A stretch of 28,498 nucleotides of DNA from Actinomycetota bacterium. Lineage in GTDB: Bacteria; Actinomycetota; Thermoleophilia; Solirubrobacterales; Solirubrobacteraceae. Of this stretch, positions 25,444-28,498 are shown piece after piece (the first letter of the stretch is position 1; every line of letters starts with the position of its first letter). The stretch is taken from the NCBI GenBank assembly GCA_009699565.1, contig WLNX01000001.1:1-28498 (forward strand), in the 5' to 3' direction. Under the pieces are notes generated by a model. That model saw nothing but the letters and a program-made list of their open reading frames with translations, had not been told where the DNA came from and ran no database searches. Position numbers and translations under genes: made by a program.

Positions 25444-26402
25444 TGGTAGCGCACCCGCGGGTCGAGGAAGGCGTAGATGATGTCTACGAAGAGGTTGGCG
25501 AAGACGATGAAGAAGGCGCCCAGCAACACGGTTCCCTGGATCACCGGCAGGTCGCTGCGGACGATCGACGCGTACGAGAGCCGGCCGATGCCGGGAATGT
25601 TGAAGACGGTCTCGGTGAGGATCGCTCCGCCGAGCAGGATCCCGAGGTCGAGCCCGAAGATCGTGACGATCGGAGTGATCGCCGACCTCAGCCCGTGGCG
25701 CAGAACGACGCGGCGTTCGGAAAGTCCCTTGGCGCGCGCAGTTCGGATGTAATCCTCGTCCAAGACCTCGGTCAGGTTGCCACGCAGCAGGCGCGAGTAG
25801 AAGGCCGCGAAGCTGACAGCCAGCACGCACCAGGGCATGATCAGCGAGGTGAACCAGGAGAACGGATTCTCGCTCAGCGGCACGTAGGAGTTTGCGCCCG
25901 GCAGGATCGGGATCACGCCGATGTCGGAGGAGAAGAGATAGAGCGCAACCAGGCCAAGCCAGTAGACCGGCGCCGAAATTCCAACCAGAGCCAGCCCCAT
26001 CGAAGCGCGGTCAAGCTTCGTCCGCGGACGCACGGCCGCGATGATGCCGACGCCGAGACCGACGACAAGCCAGAGGAATGCCGCTCCGGCAGCGAGCGAG
26101 ATTGAGGCCGGCAGACGGCTGAAGATCAGCTGGCGGACCGGCGTGCCGTTTTGGTAGCTGTAGCCGAAATCGAAGTGAAGTATGAGGTTCTTCATGTAGC
26201 GGCCGTACTGGACGTACCAGGGCTGATCGAGCCCTAGCTGGTGGCGGATCGAAGCGACGAGAGAGGGGCTCGGCTGGCGTCCTGCACGCAGCGCCGCCGG
26301 GTCGGCCGACGGCAACAGGTAGAAGATGATGAAGGTGATGAAGCTGACGGCGAGCAGCAGGAATACGACCCAAAGCAGCCGCCTGGCGATGTAACGGACC
26401 AC
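25440..26402 (-). CDS. oppB: Peptide ABC transporter permease (OppB-like)
   Basis: RYIARRL, LGLDQPWYVQY, DYIRTARAKGL (EAA loop), ILTETVFNIPGIG and YAFLDPR. Confidence 0.95.
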
Positions 26403-26428
26403 CGGTCGCGGGCCGCCTAAAGGCGTGC

Positions 26429-26456
26429 GGTCCCCGCCGCGACTGCGGCAGGGACC
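26429..26456 (-). promoter_or_regulatory. 12-bp stem-loop between oppA and oppB (mRNA-stabilising or partial terminator)
   Basis: Minus strand GGTCCCTGCCGC-agtc-GCGGCGGGGACC: 12 pairs including one G-U, with no U-tract. Confidence 0.6.
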
Positions 26457-26484
26457 AATCGCTTTTCAGCAGGCGGGCAGATCT

Positions 26485-28257
26485 CTACTTCAACGAGGTG
26501 AAGGAGAGGTCCCAGTTGCCATTGAACTTGTTGATCACTCCGGCAACATCGGTGCTGCGGATGTTCGGCGAGTCGTCCCAAATCCATGGGATTGCCGGTG
26601 CCTGAGCGGTGATCTGACGGTCGATGTCGGCCCAGGCCTTGTTGCGGGCGCTGGTCCCAACTACCAGCTCGGCCTTGTCCATTGCGGAGTTGATCGCCTC
26701 GTTGTCGAGCAGTGGCCAGTTGGAGTTGTTGACCGGAACGATGTTCTTCCCGTTGAAGGTCGGGTCAAGCATCGTCTGCGGATCGCTGAAGTCCTTCAGC
26801 CAACCGACGTTCGGGCAGATGATCACATCGGCCTTCGGCGTATTGCAGAACTTGGTGTACATCGCGTCCTGAGTCACGAGGCGCAGCTTCGGCTTGAAGC
26901 CGAGCTTCTCAAACTGCGCTGCAGCCAGCTCCGCCGACTTCTGCGCTGCGCCGCCGGAGGTGCCGACCATCAGCAGCTTCTCGCTGCCGGTGTACATGCC
27001 TGTCGGGAAGCCGCCCTTCTTCATGTACTCCTTGGCGAGCGTCAGGTTGCCCTTCGGGTACTTGAGGAAATCGACGCCGGTGCCGTTGAGGCCACCGGCC
27101 TCGTCAAAGCCACCGATTCCCGGCGGGATGAAGTGGTTTCCGATCGGCCCGAGCAGCGGTCCGCCGCGGGTAGCACGCATCGCCTCGCGATCGAACGCAG
27201 CCAGCACGGCCTTGCGGACGTTGAGGTTGTCGAACGGCGCCATCGAGGTGTTCAGCGAGACGTAACGGATTCCGCCGGACGGCGTCAGAGCAAGCTGATC
27301 GGGAGTCGAGCTGACGATCTGCTTCAGCACCGGTGGCGGCGGTCCGAAGTCGCCGTTGATCTGCGCGTTGCCCTGAAGAATCTGGCGCGAGGCGACGGTC
27401 GTGTCGTCATTGCCTTCCTCGACGTTGATCGTGTCGAGGTAGGCCTTGCGGTAGTCGGTCGCGCGGTCCCAGTTCGGGTTGCGGACGAGCTTGATCATCT
27501 TGCCGGGCTCGTAACCGGTCAGCTTGCCGTTCGCGTCGGCTTCGATCATGTACGGGCCGGTCGAAACCTGATTGACCCCGTATGTCGACGGGTTCTTGGC
27601 ATCAAACTTGGCTGCGTACTCCTTCGGAACAGGGGCGCTCAGCGGCAGTGCCAGCGCGCCGGCGAGCACGCCGCCGGTACCGCGATCGAGGTTGAAGACG
27701 ATCTTGGTGTCGGTCGGAGTCTCGATCCCGGTGATGTTGTTGGCCTTGCCGTCCTGGAAGGCCTTTGCGCCGGTCAGGTCGCCGAAGTAGGCACCGGCGT
27801 ATCCGTTCGCCACGGTCGACTTGAAGCCGCGTTCAATCGCGTACTTGACGTCGGCCGACGTAGCCGCTCGATCGACCGGCGGGCTGAACTTGACGTTTGG
27901 CTTGATCTCAACGGTGACGGTCTTGCCGTCGGACGAGACGTCGGCCGCCTTGGTCGCGAGGTCGGGGACGGCGTCAACAGCGTCGTCCGGGCCGAACGAA
28001 TAGAGCGGCCGCTGAGTTGCGTAGCTGATCATGAAGGTGAACTGGTAGTAAGCGGCGCCGGGGTCGATGTAGTCGACGTCGGAGCTGGCGATCACCTTCA
28101 GCGAGCCGCCGGTCTTGCCGGTCAGCGTCTGGGTTTCGGGAACGGCGCCAACGGAGGTGCCGGTGTCACTGTCGGAACTGCTGGAGCCGCAAGCGGCGAC
28201 TGCGAGACATGCAACGAGTGCGGCGAGCACTCCTGAACAGCGGGTAACAGGATTCAT
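26485..28257 (-). CDS. oppA: Peptide ABC transporter substrate-binding lipoprotein (family 5)
   Basis: SD GGAGGT 7 nt before ATG 28257. Lipobox VAAC at Cys23 followed by a Ser-rich linker. DGKTVT..IKPNVKFS, STGPYMI and LVRNPNW. Confidence 0.93.
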   Translation of the reverse strand: MNPVTRCSGVLAALVACLAVAACGSSSSDSDTGTSVGAVPETQTLTGKTGGSLKVIASSDVDYIDPGAAYYQFTFMISYATQRPLYSFGPDDAVDAVPDLATKAADVSSDGKTVTVEIKPNVKFSPPVDRAATSADVKYAIERGFKSTVANGYAGAYFGDLTGAKAFQDGKANNITGIETPTDTKIVFNLDRGTGGVLAGALALPLSAPVPKEYAAKFDAKNPSTYGVNQVSTGPYMIEADANGKLTGYEPGKMIKLVRNPNWDRATDYRKAYLDTINVEEGNDDTTVASRQILQGNAQINGDFGPPPPVLKQIVSSTPDQLALTPSGGIRYVSLNTSMAPFDNLNVRKAVLAAFDREAMRATRGGPLLGPIGNHFIPPGIGGFDEAGGLNGTGVDFLKYPKGNLTLAKEYMKKGGFPTGMYTGSEKLLMVGTSGGAAQKSAELAAAQFEKLGFKPKLRLVTQDAMYTKFCNTPKADVIICPNVGWLKDFSDPQTMLDPTFNGKNIVPVNNSNWPLLDNEAINSAMDKAELVVGTSARNKAWADIDRQITAQAPAIPWIWDDSPNIRSTDVAGVINKFNGNWDLSFTSLK

Positions 28258-28318
28258 CCCTTGACCTCCCCTTTCGGCAACCTGCCGATTTGATTGCAAC
28301 AAAGCCCAGTACTCACAA

Positions 28319-28498
28319 CTATTTCCCCTGACGCGGATTGAGCGCATCGGAGAGTCCGTCACCGACGACATTAAACGCCAGCACCGTGAAGAGCAAAGCG
28401 AGGCCCGGGAACAGCATGTACCACCAGGCCGTGTCGAAAACCGACGTTGCCTCCGCGATCATCGCTCCCCACGAAGCGTTCGGGGGCTGAACACCGGC
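28319..28498 (-). CDS. oppC: Peptide ABC transporter permease (OppC-like), 3' end only
   Basis: Not in the ORF track. Manual translation gives [17 protein letters not shown]...[35 protein letters not shown]. Confidence 0.93.
   Translation of the reverse strand, partial: AGVQPPNASWGAMIAEATSVFDTAWWYMLFPGLALLFTVLAFNVVGDGLSDALNPRQGK

Noticed and set aside
26425-28236. 603-aa plus-strand ORF
   Set aside because: It is antisense to oppA with no recognisable motifs. Long shadow ORFs are expected opposite GC3-biased genes.

Overview
This is a GC-rich, densely coding window with about 30 genes. Gene content and short leaderless-type promoters suggest a deep-branching actinobacterium such as Thermoleophilia/Solirubrobacterales (inference). 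I found no tRNA, rRNA, CRISPR array, transposase or phage gene. Left part: partial gabD-like aldehyde dehydrogenase, MaoC dehydratase, ABC1/UbiB kinase, stand-alone 5'-3' exonuclease, ychF, a DUF3107-like small protein, methylmalonyl-CoA epimerase, an M20 peptidase, a chromate transporter and an MpaB/Lcp-like oxygenase. Centre (8.3-17.6 kb): a same-strand, largely translationally coupled cofactor cluster: precorrin-2 dehydrogenase/ferrochelatase, moaC, MogA/MoaB, ccmABCD, hemA, hemC, cobA-hemD, DUF62 SAM hydrolase and birA. Right part: an unusual 850-aa SF2 DEAH helicase, a TlpA-GNAT-AEC transporter-dtd-hypothetical run, and a peptide ABC transporter in C-A-B-D-F order. Most genes are recognisable housekeeping genes. 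The best leads are (1) an in-frame 27-codon Cys-rich extension or leader at the head of the cofactor cluster, (2) System I cytochrome c maturation genes translationally coupled to heme-precursor genes, and (3) a perfect TATAAT promoter with a four-hairpin leader and 4-codon uORF in front of the helicase. All calls come from motif reading by eye; no database search was run.
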